From contig CATNEN010000031.1 of assembly GCA_950097015.1 (NCBI GenBank), positions 2,480,001 to 2,544,000 on the forward strand: DNA of 64,000 bases. Direction: 5' to 3'. Below the pieces are notes generated by a model. It worked only from the letters and a program-made list of their open reading frames with translations, had not been told where the DNA came from and made no database searches. The position numbers and the translations under genes are program-made. Below, piece by piece: positions 23,801 to 36,400 of the stretch; position 1 is the first letter of the stretch; every line of letters starts with the position of its first letter. Origin of the DNA: Macrostomum hystrix (lineage: Eukaryota; Animalia; Platyhelminthes).

Positions 23801-26800
23801 CATGGCTAAACCAGAGTCTGAATCATGGCTTAACCAGAGTTTGAATCATGGCTAAACCAGAGTTTGAATCATGGCTAAACCAGAGTTTGAATCATGGCTA
23901 AACCAGATCTTGAATCATGGCTAAACTAGAGTTTGAATCTTGGCTAAACCAGAGTCTGAATCATGGCTAAACCAGCGTCTGAATCATGGCTAAAGCAGAG
24001 TTTGAATCATGGCTAAACCAGAGTCTGAATCATGGCTTAACCAGAGTTTGAATCATGGCTAAACCAGAGTTTGAATCATGGCTAAACCAGAGTTTGAATC
24101 ATGGCTAAACCAGAGTTTGAATCATGGCTAAACCAGAGTTTGAGTCATGGCTAAACCAGAGTCTGAATCATGGCTAAACCAACGTTTGAATCATGGCTAA
24201 CCTAGAGTCTGAATCATGGCTAAACTAGAGTTTGAATCTTGGCTAAACCAGAGTCTGAATCATGGCTAAACCAGCGTCTGAATCATGGCTAAAGCAGAGT
24301 TTGAATCATGGCTAAACCAGAGTCTGAATCATGGCTTAACCAGAGTTTGAATCATGGCTAAACCAGAGTTTGAATCATGGCTAAACCAGAGTTTTAATCA
24401 TGGCTAAACCAGATTTTGAATCATGGCTAAACCAGAGTTTGAGTCATGGCTAAACCAGAGTCTGAATCATGGCTAAACCAACGTTTGAATCATGGCTAAC
24501 CTAGAGTCTGAATCATGGCTAAACTAGAGTCTGAATCATGGCTAAACCAGAGTTTGAACCATGGCTAAACCAGAGTTTGAATCATGGCTAAACCAGCGTC
24601 TGAATCATGGCTAAACCAGCGTCTGAATCATGGCTAAAGCAGAGTTTGAATCATGGCTAAACCAGAGTCTGAATCATGGCTTAACCAGAGTTTGAATCAT
24701 GGCTAAACCAGAGTTTGAATCATGGCTAAACCAGAGTTTGAATCATGGCTAAACCAGATCTTGAATCATGGCTAAACTAGAGTTTGAATCATGGCTAAAC
24801 CAGAGTCTGAATCATGGCTAAACCAGCGTCTGAATCATGGCTAAAGCAGAGTTTGAATCATGGCTAAACCAGAGTCTGAATCATGGCTTAACCAGAGTTT
24901 GAATCATGGCTAAACCAGAGTTTGAATCATGGCTAAACCAGAGTTTGAATCATGGCTAAACCAGATCTTGAATCATGGCTAAACTAGAGTTTGAATCTTG
25001 GCTAAACCAGAGTCTGAATCATGGCTAAACCAGCGTCTGAATCATGGCTAAAGCAGAGTTTGAATCATGGCTAAACCAGAGTCTGAATCATGGCTTAACC
25101 AGAGTTTGAATCATGGCTAAACCAGAGTTTGAATCATGGCTAAACCAGAGTTTGAATCATGGCTAAACCAGAGTTTGAATCATGGCTAAACCAGAGTTTG
25201 AGTCATGGCTAAACCAGAGTCTGAATCATGGCTAAACCAACGTTTGAATCATGGCTAACCTAGAGTCTGAATCATGGCTAAACCATAGTCTGAATCATTG
25301 CTAAAATAGAGTCTGAATCATGGCTAAACCAGAGTCTGAATCATGGCTAAACCAGAGTCTGAATCATGGCTAAACTAGAGTCTGAATCATGGCTAAACCA
25401 GAGTCTGAATCATGGCTAAACTAGAGTCTGAATCATGGCTAAACCAGAGTTTGAACCATGGCTAAACCAGAGTTTGAATCATGGCTAAACCAGCGTCTGA
25501 ATCATGGCTAAACCAGCGTCTGAATCATGGCTAAACCAGAGTTTGAATCATGGCTAAACCAGAGTTTGAATATTGGCAACACCAGAGTTTGAATCATGGC
25601 TAAACCAGCGTCTGAATCATGGCTAAACCAGAGTTTGAATCATGGCTAAACCAGAGACTAAATCATGGCTAAACCATCATCATCAGCATGGCTAAACTAG
25701 AGTTTGAATCATGGCTAAACCATCATCATCAGCATGGCTAAACTAGAGTTTGAATCATGGCTAAACCAGAGTTTGAATAATGGCTACACCAGAGTTTGAA
25801 TCATGGCTAAACCAGATCTTGAATCATGGCTAAACTAGAGTTTGAATCATGGCTAAACCAGAGTCTGAATCATGGCTAAACCAGCGTCTGAATCATGGCT
25901 AAAGCAGAGTTTGAATCATGGCTAAACCAGAGTCTGAATCATGGCTTAACCAGAGTTTGAATCATGGCTAAACCAGAGTTTGAATCATGGCTAAACCAGA
26001 GTTTGAATCATGGCTAAACCAGATCTTGAATCATGGCTAAACTAGAGTTTGAATCATGGCTAAACCAGAGTCTGAATCATGGCTAAACCAGCGTCTGAAT
26101 CATGGCTAAAGCAGAGTTTGAATCATGGCTAAACCAGAGTCTGAATCATGGCTTAACCAGAGTTTGAATCATGGCTAAACCAGAGTTTGAATCATGGCTA
26201 AACCAGAGTTTGAATCATGGCTAAACCAGATCTTGAATCATGGCTAAACTAGAGTTTGAATCTTGGCTAAACCAGAGTCTGAATCATGGCTAAACCAGCG
26301 TCTGAATCATGGCTAAAGCAGAGTTTGAATCATGGCTAAACCAGAGTCTGAATCATGGCTTAACCAGAGTTTGAATCATGGCTAAACCAGAGTTTGAATC
26401 ATGGCTAAACCAGAGTTTGAATCATGGCTAAACCAGAGTTTGAATCATGGCTAAACCAGAGTTTGAGTCATGGCTAAACCAGAGTCTGAATCATGGCTAA
26501 ACCAACGTTTGAATCATGGCTAACCTAGAGTCTGAATCATGGCTAAACCATAGTCTGAATCATTGCTAAAATAGAGTCTGAATCATGGCTAAACCAGAGT
26601 CTGAATCATGGCTAAACCAGAGTCTGAATCATGGCTAAACTAGAGTCTGAATCATGGCTAAACCAGAGTCTGAATCATGGCTAAACTAGAGTCTGAATCA
26701 TGGCTAAACCAGAGTTTGAACCATGGCTAAACCAGAGTTTGAATCATGGCTAAACCAGCGTCTGAATCATGGCTAAACCAGCGTCTGAATCATGGCTAAA

Positions 26801-29800
26801 GCAGAGTTTGAATCATGGCTAAACCAGAGTCTGAATCATGGCTTAACCAGAGTTTGAATCATGGCTAAACCAGAGTTTGAATCATGGCTAAACCAGAGTT
26901 TGAATCATGGCTAAACCAGATCTTGAATCATGGCTAAACTAGAGTTTGAATCATGGCTAAACCAGAGTCTGAATCATGGCTAAACCAGCGTCTGAATCAT
27001 GGCTAAAGCAGAGTTTGAATCATGGCTAAACCAGAGTCTGAATCATGGCTTAACCAGAGTTTGAATCATGGCTAAACCAGAGTTTGAATCATGGCTAAAC
27101 CAGAGTTTGAATCATGGCTAAACCAGATCTTGAATCATGGCTAAACTAGAGTTTGAATCTTGGCTAAACCAGAGTCTGAATCATGGCTAAACCAGCGTCT
27201 GAATCATGGCTAAAGCAGAGTTTGAATCATGGCTAAACCAGAGTCTGAATCATGGCTTAACCAGAGTTTGAATCATGGCTAAACCAGAGTTTGAATCATG
27301 GCTAAACCAGAGTTTGAATCATGGCTAAACCAGAGTTTGAATCATGGCTAAACCAGAGTTTGAGTCATGGCTAAACCAGAGTCTGAATCATGGCTAAACC
27401 AACGTTTGAATCATGGCTAACCTAGAGTCTGAATCATGGCTAAACCATAGTCTGAATCATTGCTAAAATAGAGTCTGAATCATGGCTAAACCAGAGTCTG
27501 AATCATGGCTAAACCAGAGTCTGAATCATGGCTAAACTAGAGTCTGAATCATGGCTAAACCAGAGTCTGAATCATGGCTAAACTAGAGTCTGAATCATGG
27601 CTAAACCAGAGTTTGAACCATGGCTAAACCAGAGTTTGAATCATGGCTAAACCAGCGTCTGAATCATGGCTAAACCAGCGTCTGAATCATGGCTAAACCA
27701 GAGTTTGAATCATGGCTAAACCAGAGTTTGAATATTGGCAACACCAGAGTTTGAATCATGGCTAAACCAGCGTCTGAATCATGGCTAAACCAGAGTTTGA
27801 ATCATGGCTAAACCAGAGACTAAATCATGGCTAAACCATCATCATCAGCATGGCTAAACTAGAGTTTGAATCATGGCTAAACCATCATCATCAGCATGGC
27901 TAAACTAGAGTTTGAATCATGGCTAAACCAGAGTTTGAATAATGGCTACACCAGAGTTTGAATCATGGCTAAACCAGATCTTGAATCATGGCTAAACTAG
28001 AGTTTGAATCATGGCTAAACCAGAGTCTGAATCATGGCTAAACCAGCGTCTGAATCATGGCTAAAGCAGAGTTTGAATCATGGCTAAACCAGAGTCTGAA
28101 TCATGGCTTAACCAGAGTTTGAATCATGGCTAAACCAGAGTTTGAATCATGGCTAAACCAGAGTTTGAATCATGGCTAAACCAGATCTTGAATCATGGCT
28201 AAACTAGAGGGGGCGAGTGGGTCAGCGGCTAACGTCGCTGCCTCGCACTCCAAAGGACGCTAGTTCGATTCACCCTTCAAGTCACGATTAATTTCGGGAC
28301 TTGTTGGGGGGGTTTGGACAGTAGCGACCGGCGGAGGTGCACCATATTTCGTGCAATCAAAGCTTGAAATAATAGCTTCGCTCCTGCCTTCTGCATGCCT
28401 GCTTGTTTGTGTTTGTGTTTGTGCGTTGGGCCGGGTGTGAGGCGTTGTATGGGGGGTGGGGCGGGTGTGCACCAGCCATGCGTGCTCTGAGCGGCGAGGT
28501 TTCACCAGCCGTCTGCGCGCGTGACTTGGTCCTCTCGTCCCTACCCTTCAGGCATGTAAGTCCTCCCCTTGTTTGGTCAGCTCTGTGCGTGTGCGGGCCT
28601 GGGGTGAGAGGCACTCCGGCTGCCGCCCCCTTCCCCGCTTGGCTTGCGGCTGTGTATGAGGTGCCTGTGTTCAGGGGTCTAGATGGCGCGATGGGCGACT
28701 CCCGCCTAGTTCGCCGGCCTGGGGGCATGCCGTTCCTGCGCTTGTGCGTCAAGTGCCCCAGGCCCCCCTGCAATTAAGTAAAGTATGGCTAAACTAGAGT
28801 TTGAATCATGGCTAAACCAGAGTCTGAATCATGGCTAAACCAGCGTCTGAATCATGGCTAAAGCAGAGTTTGAATCATGGCTAAACCAGAGTCTGAATCA
28901 TGGCTTAACCAGAGTTTGAATCATGGCTAAACCAGAGTTTGAATCATGGCTAAACCAGAGTTTGAATCATGGCTAAACCAGATCTTGAATCATGGCTAAA
29001 CTAGAGTTTGAATCTTGGCTAAACCAGAGTCTGAATCATGGCTAAACCAGCGTCTGAATCATGGCTAAAGCAGAGTTTGAATCATGGCTAAACCAGAGTC
29101 TGAATCATGGCTAAACCAGAGTCTGAATCATGGCTAAACCAGAGTTTGAATCATGGCTAAACCAGAGTTTGAATCATGGCTTAACCAGAGTTTGAATCAT
29201 GGCTAAACCAGAGTTTGAATCATGGCTAAACCAGAGTTTGAATCATGGCTAAACCAGAGTTTGAATCATGGCTAAACCAGAGTTTGAGTCATGGCTAAAC
29301 CAGAGTCTGAATCATGTTTAGCCAACGTTTGAATCATGGCTAACCTAGAGTCTGAATCATGGCTAAACCATAGTCTGAATCATTGCTAAAATAGAGTCTG
29401 AATCATGGCTAAACCAGAGTCTGAATCATGGCTAAACCATAGTCTGAATCATTGCTAAAATAGAGTCTGAATCATGGCTAAACCAGAGTTTGAATCATGG
29501 CTAAACCAGATCTTGAATCATGGCTAAACTAGAGTTTGAATCTTGGCTAAACCAGAGTCTGAATCATGGCTAAACCAGAGTTTGAATATTGGCAACACCA
29601 GAGTTTGAATCATGGCTAAACCAGCGTCTGAATCATGGCTAAACCAGAGTTTGAATCATGGCTAAACCAGAGACTAAATCATGGCTAAACCATCATCATC
29701 AGCATGGCTAAACTAGAGTTTGAATCATGGCTAAACCATCATCATCAGCATGGCTAAACTAGAGTTTGAATCATGGCTAAACCAGAGTTTGAATAATGGC

Positions 29801-32112
29801 TACACCAGAGTTTGAATCATGGCTAAACCAGATCTTGAATCATGGCTAAACTAGAGTTTGAATCATGGCTAAACCAGAGTCTGAATCATGGCTAAACCAG
29901 CGTCTGAATCATGGCTAAAGCAGAGTTTGAATCATGGCTAAACCAGAGTCTGAATCATGGCTTAACCAGAGTTTGAATCATGGCTAAACCAGAGTTTGAA
30001 TCATGGCTAAACCAGAGTTTGAATCATGGCTAAACCAGATCTTGAATCATGGCTAAACTAGAGTTTGAATCATGGCTAAACCAGAGTCTGAATCATGGCT
30101 AAACCAGCGTCTGAATCATGGCTAAAGCAGAGTTTGAATCATGGCTAAACCAGAGTCTGAATCATGGCTTAACCAGAGTTTGAATCATGGCTAAACCAGA
30201 GTTTGAATCATGGCTAAACCAGAGTTTGAATCATGGCTAAACCAGATCTTGAATCATGGCTAAACTAGAGTTTGAATCTTGGCTAAACCAGAGTCTGAAT
30301 CATGGCTAAACCAGCGTCTGAATCATGGCTAAAGCAGAGTTTGAATCATGGCTAAACCAGAGTCTGAATCATGGCTAAACCAGAGTCTGAATCATGGCTA
30401 AACCAGAGTTTGAATCATGGCTAAACCAGAGTTTGAATCATGGCTTAACCAGAGTTTGAATCATGGCTAAACCAGAGTTTGAATCATGGCTAAACCAGAG
30501 TTTGAATCATGGCTAAACCAGAGTTTGAATCATGGCTAAACCAGAGTTTGAGTCATGGCTAAACCAGAGTCTGAATCATGTTTAGCCAACGTTTGAATCA
30601 TGGCTAACCTAGAGTCTGAATCATGGCTAAACCATAGTCTGAATCATTGCTAAAATAGAGTCTGAATCATGGCTAAACCAGAGTCTGAATCATGGCTAAA
30701 CCATAGTCTGAATCATTGCTAAAATAGAGTCTGAATCATGGCTAAACCAGAGTTTGAATCATGGCTAAACCAGATCTTGAATCATGGCTAAACTAGAGTT
30801 TGAATCTTGGCTAAACCAGAGTCTGAATCATGGCTAAACCAGCGTCTGAATCATGGCTAAAGCAGAGTTTGAATCATGGCTAAACCAGAGTCTGAATCAT
30901 GGCTAAACCAGAGTCTGAATCATGGCTAAACCAGAGTTTGAATCATGGCTAAACCAGAGTTTGAATCATGGCTTAACCAGAGTTTGAATCATGGCTAAAC
31001 CAGAGTTTGAATCATGGCTAAACCAGAGTTTGAATCATGGCTAAACCAGAGTTTGAATCATGGCTAAACCAGAGTTTGAGTCATGGCTAAACCAGAGTCT
31101 GAATCATGGCTAAACCAACGTTTGAATCATGGCTAACCTAGAGTCTGAATCATGGCTAAACCATAGTCTGAATCATTGCTAAAATAGAGTCTGAATCATG
31201 GCTAAACCAGAGTCTGAATCATGGCTAAACCAGAGTCTGAATCATGGCTAAACTAGAGTCTGAATCATGGCTAAACCAGAGTCTGAATCATGGCTAAACT
31301 AGAGTCTGAATCATGGCTAAACCAGAGTTTGAACCATGGCTAAACCAGAGTTTGAATCATGGCTAAACCAGCGTCTGAATCATGGCTAAACCAGCGTCTG
31401 AATCATGGCTAAACCAGAGTTTGAATCATGGCTAAACCAGAGTTTGAATATTGGCAACACCAGAGTTTGAATCATGGCTAAACCAGCGTCTGAATCATGG
31501 CTAAACCAGAGTTTGAATCATGGCTAAACCAGAGACTAAATCATGGCTAAACCATCATCATCAGCATGGCTAAACTAGAGTTTGAATCATGGCTAAACCA
31601 TCATCATCAGCATGGCTAAACTAGAGTTTGAATCATGGCTAAACCAGAGTTTGAATAATGGCTACACCAGAGTTTGAATCATGGCTAAACCAGAGTCTGA
31701 ATCATGGCTAAACTAGAGTTTGAATCATGGCTAAACCAGAGTTTGAATAATGGCTACACCAGAGTTTGAATCATGGCTAAACCAGAGTCTGAATCATGGC
31801 TAAACCAGAGTTTGAATCTTGGCTAAACCAGAGTTTCAATCATGGCTAACCCAGCGTTTGAATCATGGCTAAACCAGAGTTTGAATCATGGCAAAAACCG
31901 AGTTTCAATCATGGCTAACCCAGCGTTTGAATCATGGCTAAACCAGAGTTTGAATCATAGCCAACCAGAGTTTGAATCTTGGCTAAACCAGAGTTTGAAT
32001 CATAGCCAACCAGAGTCTGAATCATGGCAAAACGAGAGTTTGAATCATAGCCCACCAGGGTTTAAAACATGGCGAAACCTGAGTTTGAATCTTGGCTAAC
32101 CCAGCGTTTGAA
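14899..32112 (+). repeat. Satellite B: 23-bp unit GAATCATGGCTAAACCAGAGTTT, ~720 copies with higher-order structure
   Basis: Period 23. The AGATCTT variant recurs every 207 bp (16154, 16361, 16568), a 9-mer HOR. Interrupted once by a SINE. Confidence 0.97.
28210..28784 (+). mobile_element. tRNA-derived SINE (575 bp) inserted in satellite B
   Basis: Head GGGGCGAGTGGGTCAGCGGCTAAC (A box) ... AGTTCGATTC (B box), GC-rich body, tail TAAGTAAAGT. Exact 15-bp TSD ATGGCTAAACTAGAG at 28195-28209 and 28785-28799. Confidence 0.88.
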
Positions 32113-32120
32113 AAATCAAC

Positions 32121-33394
32121 GTCAACTGGGGAGTCATCATCAAAATGGGGATCATGGTGAACTGGGCGATCATGGTAAACTGGGGGATAATTGTCGACTG
32201 GGGGATCATTGTCAACTGGGGGATCATTGTCAACTGGGGGATCATTGTCAACTGGGGGATCTTTGTCAACTGGGGGATCATTGTATACTGTGGGATCATT
32301 GTCAACTGGGGGATCATTGTCAACTGGGGGATCATTGTCAACTGGGGGATCGTTGTCAACTGGGGGATCATTGTCAACTGGGGGAACATTGTCAACTGGA
32401 GGAACATTGTTAACTAGGGATCATCATCAATGGGGAGACTTCATCAACTGGGGGACCATTGTGAACTGGGGGATCTTTGTTAACTGGGGGATCATTGTCA
32501 ACTGGGGGATCATTCTCAACTGGGGGATCATTGTCAACTGGGGGATCATTTTCAACTGGGGGATCATCATCAACTGGAGGATCATTGTCAACTGGGGGAT
32601 CATTGTCAACTGGGGGATCATTGTCAACTGGGGGATCATTGTCAACTGGGTGATCATCATCAACTGGGGGATCATTGTCAACTGGGGGAACATTGTCAAA
32701 TGGAGGAACATTGTTAACTAGGGATCATCATCAATGGGGAGACTTCATCAACTGGGGGACCATTGTGAACTGGGGGATCTTTGTTAACTGGGGGATCATT
32801 GTCAACTGGGGGATCATTCTCAACTGGGGGATCATTGTCAACTGGGGGATCATTTTCAACTGGGGGATCATCATCAACTGGAGGATCATTGTCAACTGGG
32901 GGATCATTGTCAACTGGGGGATCATTGTCAACTGGGGGATCATTGTCAACTGGGTGATCATCATCAACTGGGGGATCATTGTCAACTGGGGGAACATTGT
33001 CAAATGGAGGAACATTGTTAACTGGGGATCATCATCAATGGGGAGACTTCATCAACTGGGGGATCATTGTGAACTGGGGGATCTTTGTTAACTGGGGGAT
33101 CATTGTCAACTGGGGGATCATTGTCAACTGGGGGATCATTTTCAACTGGGGGATCATCATCAACTGGGGGATCATCATCAACTGGGTGATCATTGTGAAC
33201 TGGGGGATCTTTGTCAACTGGGGGATCATTGTCAACTGTGGGATCATTGTCAACTGGGGGATCATTGTCAAATGGGGGATCATTGTCAACTGGGGGATCG
33301 TTGTCAACTGGGGGTTCATTGTCAACTGGGGGTTCATTGTCAACTGGGGGATCATTGTCAACTGGGGGATCATTGTCAACTGGGGGTTCATTGT
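32121..33394 (+). repeat. Satellite C (18-bp) array in H3, including a 304-bp internal duplication
   Basis: The track ORFs 32427-32711 and 32731-33015 are identical and offset by 304 bp. Confidence 0.95.
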
Positions 33395-33487
33395 AGCTTT
33401 AAAAAGCTGTAAATTCAGCTGCTACAAAGTATATACTAGACGAATTAAAAGTATTTCTGCTCTCCGAAGGGGGGCAAAACTTGCTAG

Positions 33488-36400
33488 TCCACTATACTAA
33501 AAATGAAATGGTTGGTTGCTTGGTTGCTTGTAATTGATTTTCTCCCGAACGGCTCAACCGATTTTCACCATTTCTTCACCAAAAGATGCCAAATATAGGG
33601 ACAATTATACACGTATTTTTATTAAGCTTAACTTTATTGCTAAAGGGATTAAATATTCGAAAAACATGATTTTTCAAAGGTCAAACATCTTGGCCTATTG
33701 AGAATTTTACTCACTGCCACTGAATTAGAATTGCATCGTCAAATTGCGCAACAACCCCTAGCTGATTGAATTTAAAGCCTGCACTCTGGAGACAAATTGG
33801 AAATAAATGTACACAACCAACCGCGAGACTGAGTGTACTCTATTTTCTCACTTCATCGTACAAAGCCAGAACTCTGAGAATTCATTTTATAAGGCTGATT
33901 TCTGCACCCACTAACCAACAGTCGGAATAGCCGATGTGTAGGCACGAGGAATAAGTTAGGCTAGGCTAGGGTTCGATTCTGCACTGCGTCAAATCATATA
34001 GACTAATTTTCAGCCAAGTAGTGATTGAAGATTTTTTTAATTTATTTTTTTCATTTCGTAAATAAAATATCATAAATACTAGCACACCTGCTAAACCAGA
34101 GTTTGAATCATGGCTAAACCAGAGTCTGAATCATGGCCAAACCAGAGTCTGAATCATGGCTAAACTAGAGTTTGAATCATGGCTAAACCAGAGACTAAAT
34201 CATGGCTACACCAGGGTTTGAATCATGGCTAAACCAGAGTTTGAATCATAGCTAAACCAGCGTCTGAATCATGGCTAACCCAGAGTTTGAATCATGGCTA
34301 AACCAGATCTTGAATCATGGCTAACCCAGAGTTTGAATCATGGCTAAACCAGATCTTGAATCATGGCTAACCCAGAGTTTGAATCATGGCTAAACCAGAT
34401 CTTGAATCATGGCTAAACTAGAGTCTGAATCATGGCTAAACCAGAGTCTGAATCATGGCTAAACCAGATCTTGAATCATGGCTAAACCAGAGTTTAAATC
34501 ATGGCTAAACCATAGTCTGAATCATGGCTAAACCAGAGTTTGAATCATGGCTAAACCAGAGCTTGAATCATGGCAAAACCAGCGTCTGAATCATGGCTAA
34601 ACCAGCGTCTGAATCATGGCTAAACAATAATATGAATCATTGCTAAACCAGAGTCTGAATCATTGCTAAACCAGAGTTTCAATCATGGCTAAACCCGAGT
34701 TTGAAGCACGGCTAAACCAGAATTTTTATCATGGCTAAACCTGAGTCTGAATCATGGCTAAACCAGAGTTTAAATCATGGCTAAACCATAGTCTGAATCA
34801 TGGCTACACCAGAGTCTGAATCATGGCTAAACCAGCATTTGAATCATGGCTAAACCAGAGTTTGAATCATGGCTAAACCAGAGTCTGAATCACGGCTAAA
34901 CCAGAGTTTGAATCATGGCTAAACCAGATCTTGAATCATGGCTAAACTAGAGTCTGAATCATGGCTAAACCAGAGTCTGAATCATGGCTAAACCAGATCT
35001 TGAATCATGGCTAAACCAGAGTTTAAATCATGGCTAAACCATAGTCTGAATCATGGCTAAACCAGAGTTTGAATCATGGCTAAACCAGAGCTTGAATCAT
35101 GGCAAAACCAGCGACTGAATCATGGCTAAACCAGCGTTTGAATCATGGCTAAACCAGAGTTTAAATCATGGCTAAACCATAGTCTGAATCATGGCTAAAC
35201 CAGAGTCTGAATCATGGCTAAACCATAATATGAATCATTGCTAAACCAGAGTTTGAATCATGGCTAAACCAGAGCTTGAATCATGGCAAAACCAGCGTCT
35301 GAATCATGGCTAAACCAGCGTTTGAATCATGGCTAAACCAGAGATTAAATCATGGCTAAACCATAGTCTGAATCATGGCTAAACCAGAGTCTGAATCATG
35401 GCTAAACCATAATATGAATCATTGCTAAACCAGAGTTTGAATCATGGCTAAACCAGAGCTTGAATCATGGCTAAACTGGAGTCTGAATCATGGCTAAACC
35501 AGAGTCTGAATCATGGCTTAACCAGTGTTTGAATCATGGCTAAACCAGAGTTTGAATCATGGCTAAACCAGAGTTTGAATCATGGCTAAACCAGAGTTTA
35601 AAACATGGCTAAACCAGAGTTTGAATCATGGCTAAACCAGAGTCCGAATCGTGGCTAAACCAGAGTCCGAATCATGGCTAAACCAGAGTTTGAATCATGG
35701 CTAAACCAGAGTTTGAAGCATGGCTAAACCAGAGCTTGAATCATGGCTAAACCAGCGTCTGAATCATGGCTAAACCAGAGTCTGAATCATGGCTAAACCA
35801 GAGTCCGAATCATGGCTAAACCAGAGTTTGAAGCATGGCTAAACCAGAGTTTGAATCATGGCTAAACCAGAGTCCGAATCATGGCTAAACCAGAGTTTGA
35901 ATCATGGCTAAACCAGAGTTTGAAGCATGGCTAAACCAGAGTTTGAATCATGGCTAAACCAGAGTCTGAATCATGGCTAAAGCAGAGTTTGAATCATGGC
36001 TAAACCAGAGTCTGAATCATGGCTTAACAAGAGTTTGAATCATGGCTAAACCAGAGTTTAAATTATGGCTAAACCAGAGTTTGAATCATGGCTACACCAG
36101 AGTTTGAATCATGGCTAAACCAGAGTTTGAAACATGGCTAAACCAGAGTTTGAATCATGGCTAAACCAGAGTTTGAATCATGGCAAAACCAGCGTCTGAA
36201 TCATGGCTAAACCAGAGTTTGAAACATGGCTAAACCAGAGTCCGAATCATGGCTAAAGCAGAGTTTGAATTATTGCTAAACCAGCGTCTGAATCATGGCA
36301 AAACCAGCGTCTGAATCTTGGCTAAACCAGAGTCTGAATCATGGCTTAACAAAAGTTTGAATCATGGCTAAACCAGATCTTGAATCATGGCTAAAACAGA

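Larger units (their letters stand above)
14315..33487 (+). mobile_element. Non-autonomous Helitron H3 (5' type B), 19.2 kb owing to satellite expansion
   Basis: Junction CTAG|TCCACTATACTAAAAATG with a (GGTT)n microsatellite and ~590 bp unique 5' region. Ends hairpin plus CTAG (33484-33487). Confidence 0.85.
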
